From positions 1,260,001 through 1,292,000 of the forward strand of contig NC_007181.1 in assembly GCF_000012285.1 (NCBI RefSeq): a DNA stretch of 32,000 nucleotides. The letters run 5' to 3'. How positions within the stretch are numbered: position 1 is the first letter of the stretch; every line of letters begins with the position of its first letter. Position numbers and translations under genes: made by a program. The stretch comes from Sulfolobus acidocaldarius DSM 639 (GTDB lineage Archaea; Thermoproteota; Thermoprotei_A; Sulfolobales; Sulfolobaceae). Below, piece by piece: positions 9,327-17,431 of this stretch. The notes beneath the pieces are model-generated. The model was not told the origin of the DNA and made no database searches. It was given only the letters and a program-made list of their open reading frames with translations.

Positions 9327-9986
9327 ATGAGGATAAAAATCGCATATTCAAGGGATGAGGAGATTAAGATACTCCAACCTGTACTTAATAATGAAGTAGA
9401 TACTAAAGGTTTTTCGTTCGACATTTTAAAATTGAAAGAGGACGATTTAAAATTTCATGTAGATGAATACGAGTTACTTTATCTTCCATTACCCCTAGTT
9501 ACTTTTATAGAAAATTTAAAAGTTTTGACTAACGGAGCATATGTGGTAAATGATATTGGTATAAGGTATAAGAAAAAGACAGAAAGCAAACTTAAAATTC
9601 TAGTCCCAGGTAGTAACTCTACCGAATATTATCTTGCTAGGATGATTTACGGTCATAATGTCGTCCCTACTACCTCTCAAGAGGAGTGGACAGCTGAATT
9701 AACATATGATGGTACTTCCGAGTATAGCTTTAAAGATTTCTGGAATTCTAATTGCGGTAATTTACCGTTTGTAATTAAACTGTTAGGTTCCAAGATCTTA
9801 GATGAAGAATCATTATCTAGAATTAAAATAGTTATTAGAGACTCTGCTAATTTAGCATATGAAAGAGGATATGTAAATAGTTTTTCTAAGGAGTTGGGCT
9901 TGAAAGGAAGAGAAGCCTTGGATTGCTTTTTCAAAATTTGCAGGCAAAAAAACCTATGTGGAAAATTTACTTCCTACCTCCTTTGA
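9327..9986 (+). CDS. Hypothetical protein, possibly MqnA/MqnD-like (former DUF178, PBP-like fold)
   Basis: KILVPGSNSTEYYLARMIYG, DFWNSNCGNLPFVI and the C-terminal LGLKGREALDCFF resemble recalled conserved blocks of the MqnA/MqnD family. This is a memory-based call. Confidence 0.5.
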   Translation: MRIKIAYSRDEEIKILQPVLNNEVDTKGFSFDILKLKEDDLKFHVDEYELLYLPLPLVTFIENLKVLTNGAYVVNDIGIRYKKKTESKLKILVPGSNSTEYYLARMIYGHNVVPTTSQEEWTAELTYDGTSEYSFKDFWNSNCGNLPFVIKLLGSKILDEESLSRIKIVIRDSANLAYERGYVNSFSKELGLKGREALDCFFKICRQKNLCGKFTSYLL

Positions 9987-10122
9987 GTCTTTTTGATAGT
10001 CTTAACATTTCTAAAAGAATAGGTGGTGCTAAAATAGATTGAAATGGGTAAGGAATATCAAAACATATCATTAAAGCCGATGATATGAGGAGTATGGATA
10101 ATAGTAGCAGAATAGGTTTCAT
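9967..10122 (-). CDS. Candidate 51-aa single-pass membrane micro-protein (below the ORF-track cutoff)
   Basis: My own translation is MKPILLLLSILLISSALMICFDIPYPFQSILAPPILLEMLRLSKRLKGGRK*. It has a hydrophobic N-terminal helix and a basic tail. An A/T-rich box (ataaaaaat on the minus strand, about 10143-10151) lies about 25 nt upstream of the ATG. Confidence 0.3.
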   Translation of the reverse strand: MKPILLLLSILLISSALMICFDIPYPFQSILAPPILLEMLRLSKRLKGGRK

Positions 10123-10200
10123 AATATATATAAACAACGGGATTTTTTATGGTAACCACATATAATCTCCCATATTACTATTGCCTATCTCGTTAATAGT

Positions 10201-10230
10201 ATTTTCAAACCACACTCTCTGTATATTTTA
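10201..10230 (+). promoter_or_regulatory. Candidate upsX promoter: ANTTTC hexamer (ATTTTC, 10201-10206) plus a TATA-like box (tatatttta, 10222-10230)
   Basis: The TATA-like tract lies 18-26 nt upstream of the upsX ATG (10248), which suggests a leaderless or near-leaderless mRNA. The hexamer is 15 nt upstream of it and matches the published UV/DNA-damage cis element 5'-ANTTTC-3'. Confidence 0.5.
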
Positions 10231-10247
10231 CAGCATCGAAGAAATAA

Positions 10248-12275
10248 ATGATAGTCAGCATAGAAAGCAAAGAGGATTTAATATTCCCTGATTCTTGTAT
10301 TGTATGGATTACTAAGATCAATGATAAGTTATTAGTAAATAGTGATGCGATATTATCTCCCCAGATCGAAATTTATCCAGATATACGTCTAAATGGAAAA
10401 TGGGTAGTATATGATGGCTATAAGGTAACTGAGATTGATGAAAACGGAAATAAAAAAATACTAAAAAATAGTATAGAGGATAAGGTAGTAAGATATGTTT
10501 ATGCTGAAGATGGTTTGATTCCTATTTACAAGTCATTCCTTGGTTTCACTTTTGGAAACGAGAAATTTGACGAATACAAAAGTAAGTACGGTTTTATTAT
10601 GTTGCTTAATGGTAAAAGAGCGAGAGTAATTTTACCATATGGACAATTCGTAGACGTAGAACACCCTAAATTTTATAAAATATTTAGGGATCATGTAGAT
10701 TTAATATATGATAATGAAACTTTGATAATATATAGAGATGGTAGAAGGGAGAGATATAAGGGAGAAAAATATCTAATAGCGCTCACAAGTGTGGGTAGAG
10801 TATTTTTAAGCCCAAATGGTAGGATCTTACTTGATTCTTCTGCCTACGATTTGATGGGAATATGTACAGAGGACATGGAGTTCATAGGAGAAACTAGAAA
10901 TGGAATCATAATTTCATGTGGTAACAAACTCAAGAGCTTTTACAGAGGTGGCTGGTCTTACATAGGATCCTTTTCTTACTTACCTGTAATTGATGCTGAT
11001 TATAACCATATAAGTATAAATGACGGAAATGTAGTGAATGTATACGAGTTAGATAGTGATAAATCTTCTAAACTCTTTAATGTCAGAGCATTAAAGTTCA
11101 AGGATGGTAAGATTATATTAATATCTAAGAGTGGTACAGTATTTAAACTGAGTTTCTCTAAAGATACTGATTTTCTAAAGATAATTAATGATAAAAATTC
11201 TGCGGAATTACCTTATATTATAAGGATAGATAAAAAAATAGCGAGTGATTTTAGTCTGAGTAAAAACTTGATCGATGTAGAAAAAGTGGCTGATGGAGAC
11301 GGGTTTGTTCTTAAATTGGAACCTTTCAAGCTTTCAAATGAAACTGAAGGAAGTATAACATTTAAAGAGGAGATATTTGAATATCAGTTTCCACTAAAAG
11401 TTTTTAGTGATTTACCAGATATAGAAGTTGAAAGTGGACATATAATTATGGCAAAGAACGGTCATCTGAAAACAGATCCTTCTTCTAACGCTATTTTAAA
11501 ACTTAAGATGAGATTCAAAATTCCGTCCTTACTAAGGAAGTCAATATTAATTGACGTTGGTAATAAAAAAACTAAAGTCGATCTAGATAGATCAGTAGGA
11601 GAGTTAGACTTATCTATACCTTTTTTTAAATTAAGTTTAGATGAAGAAGTGGTGAAAATAAGTGTATTAAGGGATAATAGAGTAGAACTTAAAAAAGAAT
11701 TTATAGTTAAAACTAACCTTAAAATGATGAGTAAAAACTCTAAGAAAACTTCATATGCAGTGATTCAAGATATGTCTAAGAGGACTTATAAAGTGTATAA
11801 TGATGACCTATTTAGCTGGGAAGAGTTTAGTGAAGAGCCAAACATTTACGAGAATATTTATTACGCTAAGGTTGGTGATAAGTTACAAATTGAAGACAAA
11901 ATTATTGAAGTCAAAGATGGTCTAAACCAGGTTAAGGTTGAAAGGCCTAATTATAGTAGAACTTATTTCATATATGGTGTTTCTAATCCTTTGAGAGATT
12001 TGAAAGTAACTTTGAAAGAAAGTGACGTAATTTTTGATCTTGTAAAGGATGAAGATTCAGTCGTCACAGTTATATATGGAACTAATTATGTAACCACTAA
12101 AAATAACAAAATTAAATTTAGCATAGACCCAGCTTACAACACTATTATAATAAGATCTTATAAAGAAGGAATAAGGTTTGAAACAAGTTATATGTTGGTT
12201 GACTTCTTTAGAAATTGTATGCTGAAGGCAGTAGTAAATGCAAAGTACTTAGCACAGCAATTATTCCTTGAATAA
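10248..12275 (+). CDS. upsX: UpsX, first gene of the ups pilus operon (no recognisable domain)
   Basis: 675-aa ORF with no TM segment, signal peptide or known motif. It sits directly upstream of the upsE/F/A/B genes, the position and size class of UpsX in Sulfolobales. Confidence 0.75.
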   Translation: MIVSIESKEDLIFPDSCIVWITKINDKLLVNSDAILSPQIEIYPDIRLNGKWVVYDGYKVTEIDENGNKKILKNSIEDKVVRYVYAEDGLIPIYKSFLGFTFGNEKFDEYKSKYGFIMLLNGKRARVILPYGQFVDVEHPKFYKIFRDHVDLIYDNETLIIYRDGRRERYKGEKYLIALTSVGRVFLSPNGRILLDSSAYDLMGICTEDMEFIGETRNGIIISCGNKLKSFYRGGWSYIGSFSYLPVIDADYNHISINDGNVVNVYELDSDKSSKLFNVRALKFKDGKIILISKSGTVFKLSFSKDTDFLKIINDKNSAELPYIIRIDKKIASDFSLSKNLIDVEKVADGDGFVLKLEPFKLSNETEGSITFKEEIFEYQFPLKVFSDLPDIEVESGHIIMAKNGHLKTDPSSNAILKLKMRFKIPSLLRKSILIDVGNKKTKVDLDRSVGELDLSIPFFKLSLDEEVVKISVLRDNRVELKKEFIVKTNLKMMSKNSKKTSYAVIQDMSKRTYKVYNDDLFSWEEFSEEPNIYENIYYAKVGDKLQIEDKIIEVKDGLNQVKVERPNYSRTYFIYGVSNPLRDLKVTLKESDVIFDLVKDEDSVVTVIYGTNYVTTKNNKIKFSIDPAYNTIIIRSYKEGIRFETSYMLVDFFRNCMLKAVVNAKYLAQQLFLE

Positions 12276-12305
12276 CTTTCATTTTTCTGTCTGTCTTTTA
12301 ATATT
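12275..12305 (+). promoter_or_regulatory. Candidate internal promoter before upsE: ACTTTC (12275-12280) plus an AT-rich box (ttttaatat, 12297-12305)
   Basis: Lies in the 43-nt gap between the upsX stop and the ATG at 12319. That ATG has no Shine-Dalgarno sequence. The box-to-ATG spacing is shorter than ideal, so this is tentative. Confidence 0.3.
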
Positions 12306-12318
12306 TCCTTCTTATGGC

Positions 12319-13728
12319 ATGGATCAGGTATTAGCAGAGTATTTTGTAGGTCCAGTGAAGGTTAGATTAACAAGAAGTAAGGGAATCTGTAATTATGAAA
12401 TAGAGGAACCGTCTTTTTCAGACTTTGAAGAGTCGTTAAAGGAAAAAGTGTTGTCTGAAATATATTATTCAAAATCCACTGATTTTGAGGATAAAGTTCT
12501 CCTGAGACTTAAGGAATTAGGAGTTAATGACGAGAATGTGGAGAAAATTCTATATAGTATAAAAAAACAAATTCTATATAACGAGATTACTCCGTTATTG
12601 TTAGATCCAGACATAGAGGAAATAGAATGTTTAGGGTATGGAAATCCTATTACGGTTGTACACAGGAAGTTCCCTGAGTGTATAAGATTTTACACAAATA
12701 TCAAGCTTAATGATGAAGAAACTGTGGTAAGAATAATAGAAAAGTTAGCTAGTAAAGCCAACAAGAGTGTTAATATTGCTAGACCATATGTAGAGTTTTC
12801 ATTGCCCGAGGGTCATAGGGTAGCAGCGACTATATCTAAAGAAATCTCTTTACCGGGATCAACTTTTGATATCCGTAAATTTCCATTAAAACCTCTGAAC
12901 ATTCTGGAAGTTATCAATTCCTCTATGTTAAACGAGCTGATAACTGCATACTTATGGTTACTATTAGAGTATAGGCCTTTTATTATAATATTGGGTCCAA
13001 CGGGATCTGGAAAAACTACATTATTAAACGCTTTACTTAATTTGGTAAATCCACATTATAAGATTTTGACAATAGAAGATACTTCAGAGATTAGTCTTCT
13101 TAACAAAAATTGGGTTAGATTTATAGCAAGATCAACACTACTTTCTGAGTTTGAAATATCTATAAGTGATCTTGCAAAGCTTGCATTACGATATAGACCT
13201 GATTACATGATAATAGGTGAGGTAAGAGGAAAAGAAATAGAGGCTCTTGTACATGCAGCAGCGTCAGGTCACGGTTCCATCACCACATTTCACGGTTCTA
13301 GACCTATAGATGCCGTTACAAGAATCACTGATTTATTATCAGGAGATTTAGCTAAGTTATTCCTGCAAACTATATGGAACTTCATTATAGTTGGAAATAG
13401 GAAGGAGGGTAATAAAACAGTGAGATCAGTTCTAGATATCTATGAGATAATAAATAAAGGTTCTAAGAAAATTACATTCAAAAAAATATTTGAATGGTCT
13501 TATCAGAACAATAACTTTATTCCTCAAAATGTCAGTGAAATTATAAAGAGATCTTATAGATTAAAGAGAATCAAAGAAATATATAATGTAGATGTGGAGT
13601 CTGAACTAACTAGAAGGCTTGATTTTATCAAAAGGTTAAAGGAGAACGGAATTCGAGACAGTGAATCAATACAGGGTAGTTTATATCAATTCTATTTTGG
13701 TGATCAGGTTGAAAATATTAGCATGTGA
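12319..13728 (+). CDS. upsE: UpsE, type IV pilus assembly ATPase (VirB11/FlaI/PilB superfamily)
   Basis: Walker A is GPTGSGKTT (12994-13020). Walker B/Asp box is YMIIGEVRGKE and the His box is GHGSITTFHG. I prefer the ATG at 12319 (MDQVLAEYF...). The ORF track starts at the TTG at 12268. Confidence 0.9.
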   Translation: MDQVLAEYFVGPVKVRLTRSKGICNYEIEEPSFSDFEESLKEKVLSEIYYSKSTDFEDKVLLRLKELGVNDENVEKILYSIKKQILYNEITPLLLDPDIEEIECLGYGNPITVVHRKFPECIRFYTNIKLNDEETVVRIIEKLASKANKSVNIARPYVEFSLPEGHRVAATISKEISLPGSTFDIRKFPLKPLNILEVINSSMLNELITAYLWLLLEYRPFIIILGPTGSGKTTLLNALLNLVNPHYKILTIEDTSEISLLNKNWVRFIARSTLLSEFEISISDLAKLALRYRPDYMIIGEVRGKEIEALVHAAASGHGSITTFHGSRPIDAVTRITDLLSGDLAKLFLQTIWNFIIVGNRKEGNKTVRSVLDIYEIINKGSKKITFKKIFEWSYQNNNFIPQNVSEIIKRSYRLKRIKEIYNVDVESELTRRLDFIKRLKENGIRDSESIQGSLYQFYFGDQVENISM

Positions 13729-15175
13729 TATATTCCAAGATAAAATCAAGTCTTATATAGAATATACAGGAGACGATTTTAATGATATACGTAAAAAGTA
13801 CATTCAACTTCTTATGTTTTCACCAATAGGTGTTGCTTTAATATTGCTTATGTCTTTTACAATCTCTAGATTTTTGTTATTCAGTCTAATAGGTTACGGT
13901 ATAATTGTGTATTTCTTTCCTGTAATCTACTCGTGGTCAAAAAAGGAGGAGTATAGGAAGGTTACTAACTTAGAATCTCCACTTATAAGTTTGGTATGTT
14001 ATGTCAACTCGCTTATTGATAAGAGTCTTATTACTACAATGGAAGATCTATCTAAATTAAAACACCTTAAGACACCATCTATCGAATCTCAAATGTTAAA
14101 GAAAACTATCAATATATTAAACTATTCTTCGTATAAGTCAATTCAAAGAAGAGAAAGTTTGCATCGCGGAGATTTAATGGGTAAGATATATTCTGCTTAT
14201 ATGGTATCGATGGATATGGGCGTTTCGCTTAAGGATAGATTAAGAGAAGCAATGAAGGAGATTTTATCTCTTTATAAAGAAGATTATAGGAATTACGTGA
14301 ATAAAGCCACTGAATTATCAGAGGTTATATTTTCAATATTTCTCTTATTACCTATTGTCCTTATAGGCTTCCAGTTTACCTTCAAAGTTAGTTTATTTGA
14401 GCTCCTACTTCCATTGTCATTTGCACCACTCATAGTATTTCTAATTTCAATTATGCAGCCTAATTCAGACTATGATATTAATATGAACTGGAAACAGTTC
14501 ATACCAGTTATATTATCATTCGTAGTCGCTCTTCTCCTAAATGTTAATCTGAGTATTAGATTTCTAATAATAGTGTCAGGTATACTGGTCTCGGTGTATT
14601 TAATATATAGGCAAGTGAGAATTGCTAACCAGTTAGTTAAGCTTTTACCAGATTTATTAAGAGAAGTTGCAGACTATATGAAAATCGGATATAGCATAAC
14701 CGGTTCATTATCAAAGATCCGTATCAGGGATAAATTTGGTGTGGTCGAAAATATAGTTAAGAAATCTGTTTTAGAAGGAGAGGTAGGGGAAGTTAAAACA
14801 CCATCAAAATTATTTAATAATATTATAGAACTATTTAAGATATTTAATAAATCTGGTACCTCTTATAACGTTCTAGAGGAGCTAGCAGGAACACTAAATG
14901 AAATTATGTTAGTTCAAGATAGTATGACCAAGCAATTAAGACTCTTTGATGCAATGGTTATTCTGACTCCGGTCATGTTGTGGATCACATTTTCTATCTT
15001 GGGTAACATTTCTAGTGATAGTGCAACTCTAAGTGGAATAGTAGTGTTGCTTTACTCAGTAACCACATCATTTATATTTTCTAAATTATCTCGATTTACA
15101 CTATTCTATTTCCCAACAATTCTAATGGGAACTTTAATACCATTAATACTTTCGTTTATCCCTCACGTATTTTAA
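13709..15175 (+). CDS. upsF: UpsF, polytopic membrane platform protein (FlaJ/TadC/PilC-like)
   Basis: Multiple hydrophobic helices surround two cytoplasmic domains. A strong Shine-Dalgarno GGTGATC (13699-13705) lies 3 nt before the TTG at 13709. The ORF track's GTG at 13661 is an alternative start. It overlaps the upsE 3' end. Confidence 0.85.
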   Translation: MKILACDIFQDKIKSYIEYTGDDFNDIRKKYIQLLMFSPIGVALILLMSFTISRFLLFSLIGYGIIVYFFPVIYSWSKKEEYRKVTNLESPLISLVCYVNSLIDKSLITTMEDLSKLKHLKTPSIESQMLKKTINILNYSSYKSIQRRESLHRGDLMGKIYSAYMVSMDMGVSLKDRLREAMKEILSLYKEDYRNYVNKATELSEVIFSIFLLLPIVLIGFQFTFKVSLFELLLPLSFAPLIVFLISIMQPNSDYDINMNWKQFIPVILSFVVALLLNVNLSIRFLIIVSGILVSVYLIYRQVRIANQLVKLLPDLLREVADYMKIGYSITGSLSKIRIRDKFGVVENIVKKSVLEGEVGEVKTPSKLFNNIIELFKIFNKSGTSYNVLEELAGTLNEIMLVQDSMTKQLRLFDAMVILTPVMLWITFSILGNISSDSATLSGIVVLLYSVTTSFIFSKLSRFTLFYFPTILMGTLIPLILSFIPHVF

Positions 15176-15178
15176 AAG
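15148..15178 (+). promoter_or_regulatory. Candidate internal promoter before upsA: ACTTTC (15148-15153) plus a TATA-like box (tattttaaaa, about 15168-15177)
   Basis: The hexamer-to-AT-box spacing (14 nt) matches the upsX promoter (15 nt). The TATA-like box is centred about 28 nt upstream of the upsA TTG (15200). Confidence 0.35.
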
Positions 15179-15199
15179 ATTCATTTTATTTGAGGAAAG

Positions 15200-15631
15200 T
15201 TGGTTAAAAAATCCGTAAGAAATAAAGCAATATCGTCAGTTCTGGGTACTGTAATTGTATTAGCCATAACAATAGCCTTAGGTGGTCTTCTATATGCGTA
15301 TAGCCAGGGTATGTTCAGTAATCTAACCCAAAACACTAACATTAACGTACAAGCAAAAATAATAGTAAACCCATCTACCAATGATTCTTATCTTCAACTT
15401 ACCTTAGTCAATAACGGGAACTTAGGTATAAATATAACGAAAGTAACTATAGATTCTAATGGGATATCGATCCCAATAAATGTGTATTTACCTCCTGGTC
15501 AGCAATATTCAAATACTTTTCCTTTAACTTCAAAGATGATTGCAGGAGAGACATATACTGTTACGGTATATGGAAACTCCAACAATAAGCCTGTAGTAGA
15601 GACCATGAATGTACTAGCTTCTACGGTGTAA
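15200..15631 (+). CDS. upsA: UpsA pilin (class III / type IV prepilin-like signal peptide)
   Basis: The N-terminus MVKKSVRNKA|ISSVLGTVIVLAITIALGGLLY has a short basic leader, a PibD-type cleavage motif and a hydrophobic helix. The remainder is Ser/Thr/Asn-rich. A Shine-Dalgarno GAGG precedes the TTG. Confidence 0.85.
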   Translation: MVKKSVRNKAISSVLGTVIVLAITIALGGLLYAYSQGMFSNLTQNTNINVQAKIIVNPSTNDSYLQLTLVNNGNLGINITKVTIDSNGISIPINVYLPPGQQYSNTFPLTSKMIAGETYTVTVYGNSNNKPVVETMNVLASTV

Positions 15632-15636
15632 TTAGG

Positions 15637-16026
15637 ATGAAAGGAATCTCTTCAATTTTTTCTTCTCTCATAGTTACTATGATAGTAGTTTCCATGTCTA
15701 TTCCGCTCTTTATGTATTTTAATTCCCTATATAATATATCGACCAATTCGCTATCCAACTCTTATGAATACCTGCAGAATTCAACTGCTACAAGAGTTAC
15801 TATTATAGGTTTTGATCATGACATATATATCTACAATGCAGGAAATGAGTTAGTAGTAATAAACCAAGTTATGGTAGGAAATCAGACATGCAGTATCAAT
15901 TCATACACTTTAAATCCAGGAGCTTTGTTAAAACTCAATCAGATAGTTCGCAATTGCTCTTTCAATAAAAACGAGACTATTGTACTTAAAATTAACAATG
16001 TGTACTATTACTATGATTACAATTGA
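15637..16026 (+). CDS. upsB: UpsB pilin (class III signal peptide)
   Basis: The N-terminus MKG|ISSIFSSLIVTMIVVSMSIPLF is a class III signal peptide. A GGTG Shine-Dalgarno lies at 15625-15628. The body is N/S/T-rich with several N-x-S/T sequons. Confidence 0.85.
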   Translation: MKGISSIFSSLIVTMIVVSMSIPLFMYFNSLYNISTNSLSNSYEYLQNSTATRVTIIGFDHDIYIYNAGNELVVINQVMVGNQTCSINSYTLNPGALLKLNQIVRNCSFNKNETIVLKINNVYYYYDYN

Positions 16027-16035
16027 ACTATTCTA

Positions 16036-16056
16036 TTCTTTTTTAGTAATTTTTTT
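16036..16056 (+). terminator. Oligo-T tracts after upsB (T6 at 16039-16044, T7 at 16050-16056)
   Basis: Archaeal RNA polymerase terminates at oligo-T. Two tracts lie within 30 nt of the upsB stop. Confidence 0.5.
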
Positions 16057-16078
16057 GAACTCTGGAGAGCTAGTCTAA

Positions 16079-16756
16079 ATGGAAATGGATATTGCTAATC
16101 AATTGTATATGAAATTGCGTGAGGAATATAAAATAGATCAGAAGGAATTTATCTCATCGTACATATGTGGAAAAACTCGAAATGTTTTTGCAACTATATT
16201 AGCAACTATACTGTCGCAAAACTCTACAGACAAGTCGGCTTTGATTGCATTTAGTAAACTTAATGAAACTGTGGGGGAGATAACTCCAGACAGGATTAAA
16301 CATGCAGATATAAATACAATAATAGATGCGATAAGGGTAGCAGGACTAGGAAATTCTAAGGCGAGATACATAAAAAACGTGGCTGAGGTAATTAACGATC
16401 TAGACCTTAACATAGAAATAGATTGTCAAAAGTTACGTGATTTTCTCACTGCGATAGAGGGAATAGGTGATAAGACAGCTGATGTGGTTTTACTTACATG
16501 TTTTAGATGTAGAGAATTCCCTATTGATACTCATATAAGAAGAGTTATTTCAAGGTTAGGATTTCTTGGATCTTCACCTAAATATAAGGACATCTCAGAA
16601 TATTTCAAAACCCGTTTCAGCTCCGAAGATCTGCTCAATCTTCATCATTTACTAATTGCGCATGGTAGAAAAACTTGCAAATCAAGAAAACCCATATGTG
16701 ACAAGTGTGTCATAAGAGATTATTGTAAATATTATCTGGATAATATTAAAAATTAA
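16079..16756 (+). CDS. nth: Endonuclease III (HhH-GPD DNA glycosylase/AP lyase with a 4Fe-4S cluster)
   Basis: HhH-GPD motif IEGIGDKTADVVLL, the DTHIRRV motif, and a C-terminal C-x6-C-x2-C-x5-C cluster (CKSRKPICDKCVIRDYC). Confidence 0.9.
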   Translation: MEMDIANQLYMKLREEYKIDQKEFISSYICGKTRNVFATILATILSQNSTDKSALIAFSKLNETVGEITPDRIKHADINTIIDAIRVAGLGNSKARYIKNVAEVINDLDLNIEIDCQKLRDFLTAIEGIGDKTADVVLLTCFRCREFPIDTHIRRVISRLGFLGSSPKYKDISEYFKTRFSSEDLLNLHHLLIAHGRKTCKSRKPICDKCVIRDYCKYYLDNIKN

Positions 16757-16831
16757 CTATTTTGTCAGTTTAATAAAGTATATATGAGCTAAAAATAAAC
16801 AGTTATTTATTGTCATCAGAAATATAACCTA

Positions 16832-17431
16832 ATGTCTAATTACCAGCTAGAATGGGTTAGCCCTAAACAGCTTAGACCTCATGAAGATGTTATTTTAAGT
16901 ATAGTTAACGAGAATATAGAAATACTTCGAAAAGACAATTCAATGGCTCCAATAATAGTTGATAAGAACTCTATGGTCATATTGGATGGTCATCATAGAT
17001 ATTATGCTAGTTTATCGTTAGGCTTACCTAAGATTCCAGCAATAATGATAGATTATAACTCTGAACAAGTAGAAGTAAGGGAGTGGAATAGAATTATAGC
17101 CCCAGATAGTAGTATAAGAGACTTCCTTAGAGTTTTTAGATCTAGTGTTGATGGAAAATATTGTGTAAGTTACAAATCTGACGTTGTTTTTTGTGACGAT
17201 AATATTTATTCACTGTATTGGAAGGAGGAAGCAATAGAACAACTCTTATCGAGAATGGGTTATAATGTGGTAAAAACTGCTGATCAGGAAGCAACAATTT
17301 CCATACCACCAGTACCCAAAAACGTAGTAATAGATTTTTCCTATAAAGGCTTGAGATTTCCGCCAAAATCTACTAGACATATATATCACTTTTATATACC
17401 TAAACAAAGAATAATTTTGCAATGGGATTAA
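16832..17431 (+). CDS. ParB/sulfiredoxin-domain (ParB-like nuclease) protein
   Basis: The N-terminal ParBc pattern LRPHEDV...ILDGHHRYYAS (DGHHR box) is present. The gene sits between nth and the GT2, as in the Sulfolobales ups-linked cluster. Confidence 0.85.
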   Translation: MSNYQLEWVSPKQLRPHEDVILSIVNENIEILRKDNSMAPIIVDKNSMVILDGHHRYYASLSLGLPKIPAIMIDYNSEQVEVREWNRIIAPDSSIRDFLRVFRSSVDGKYCVSYKSDVVFCDDNIYSLYWKEEAIEQLLSRMGYNVVKTADQEATISIPPVPKNVVIDFSYKGLRFPPKSTRHIYHFYIPKQRIILQWD

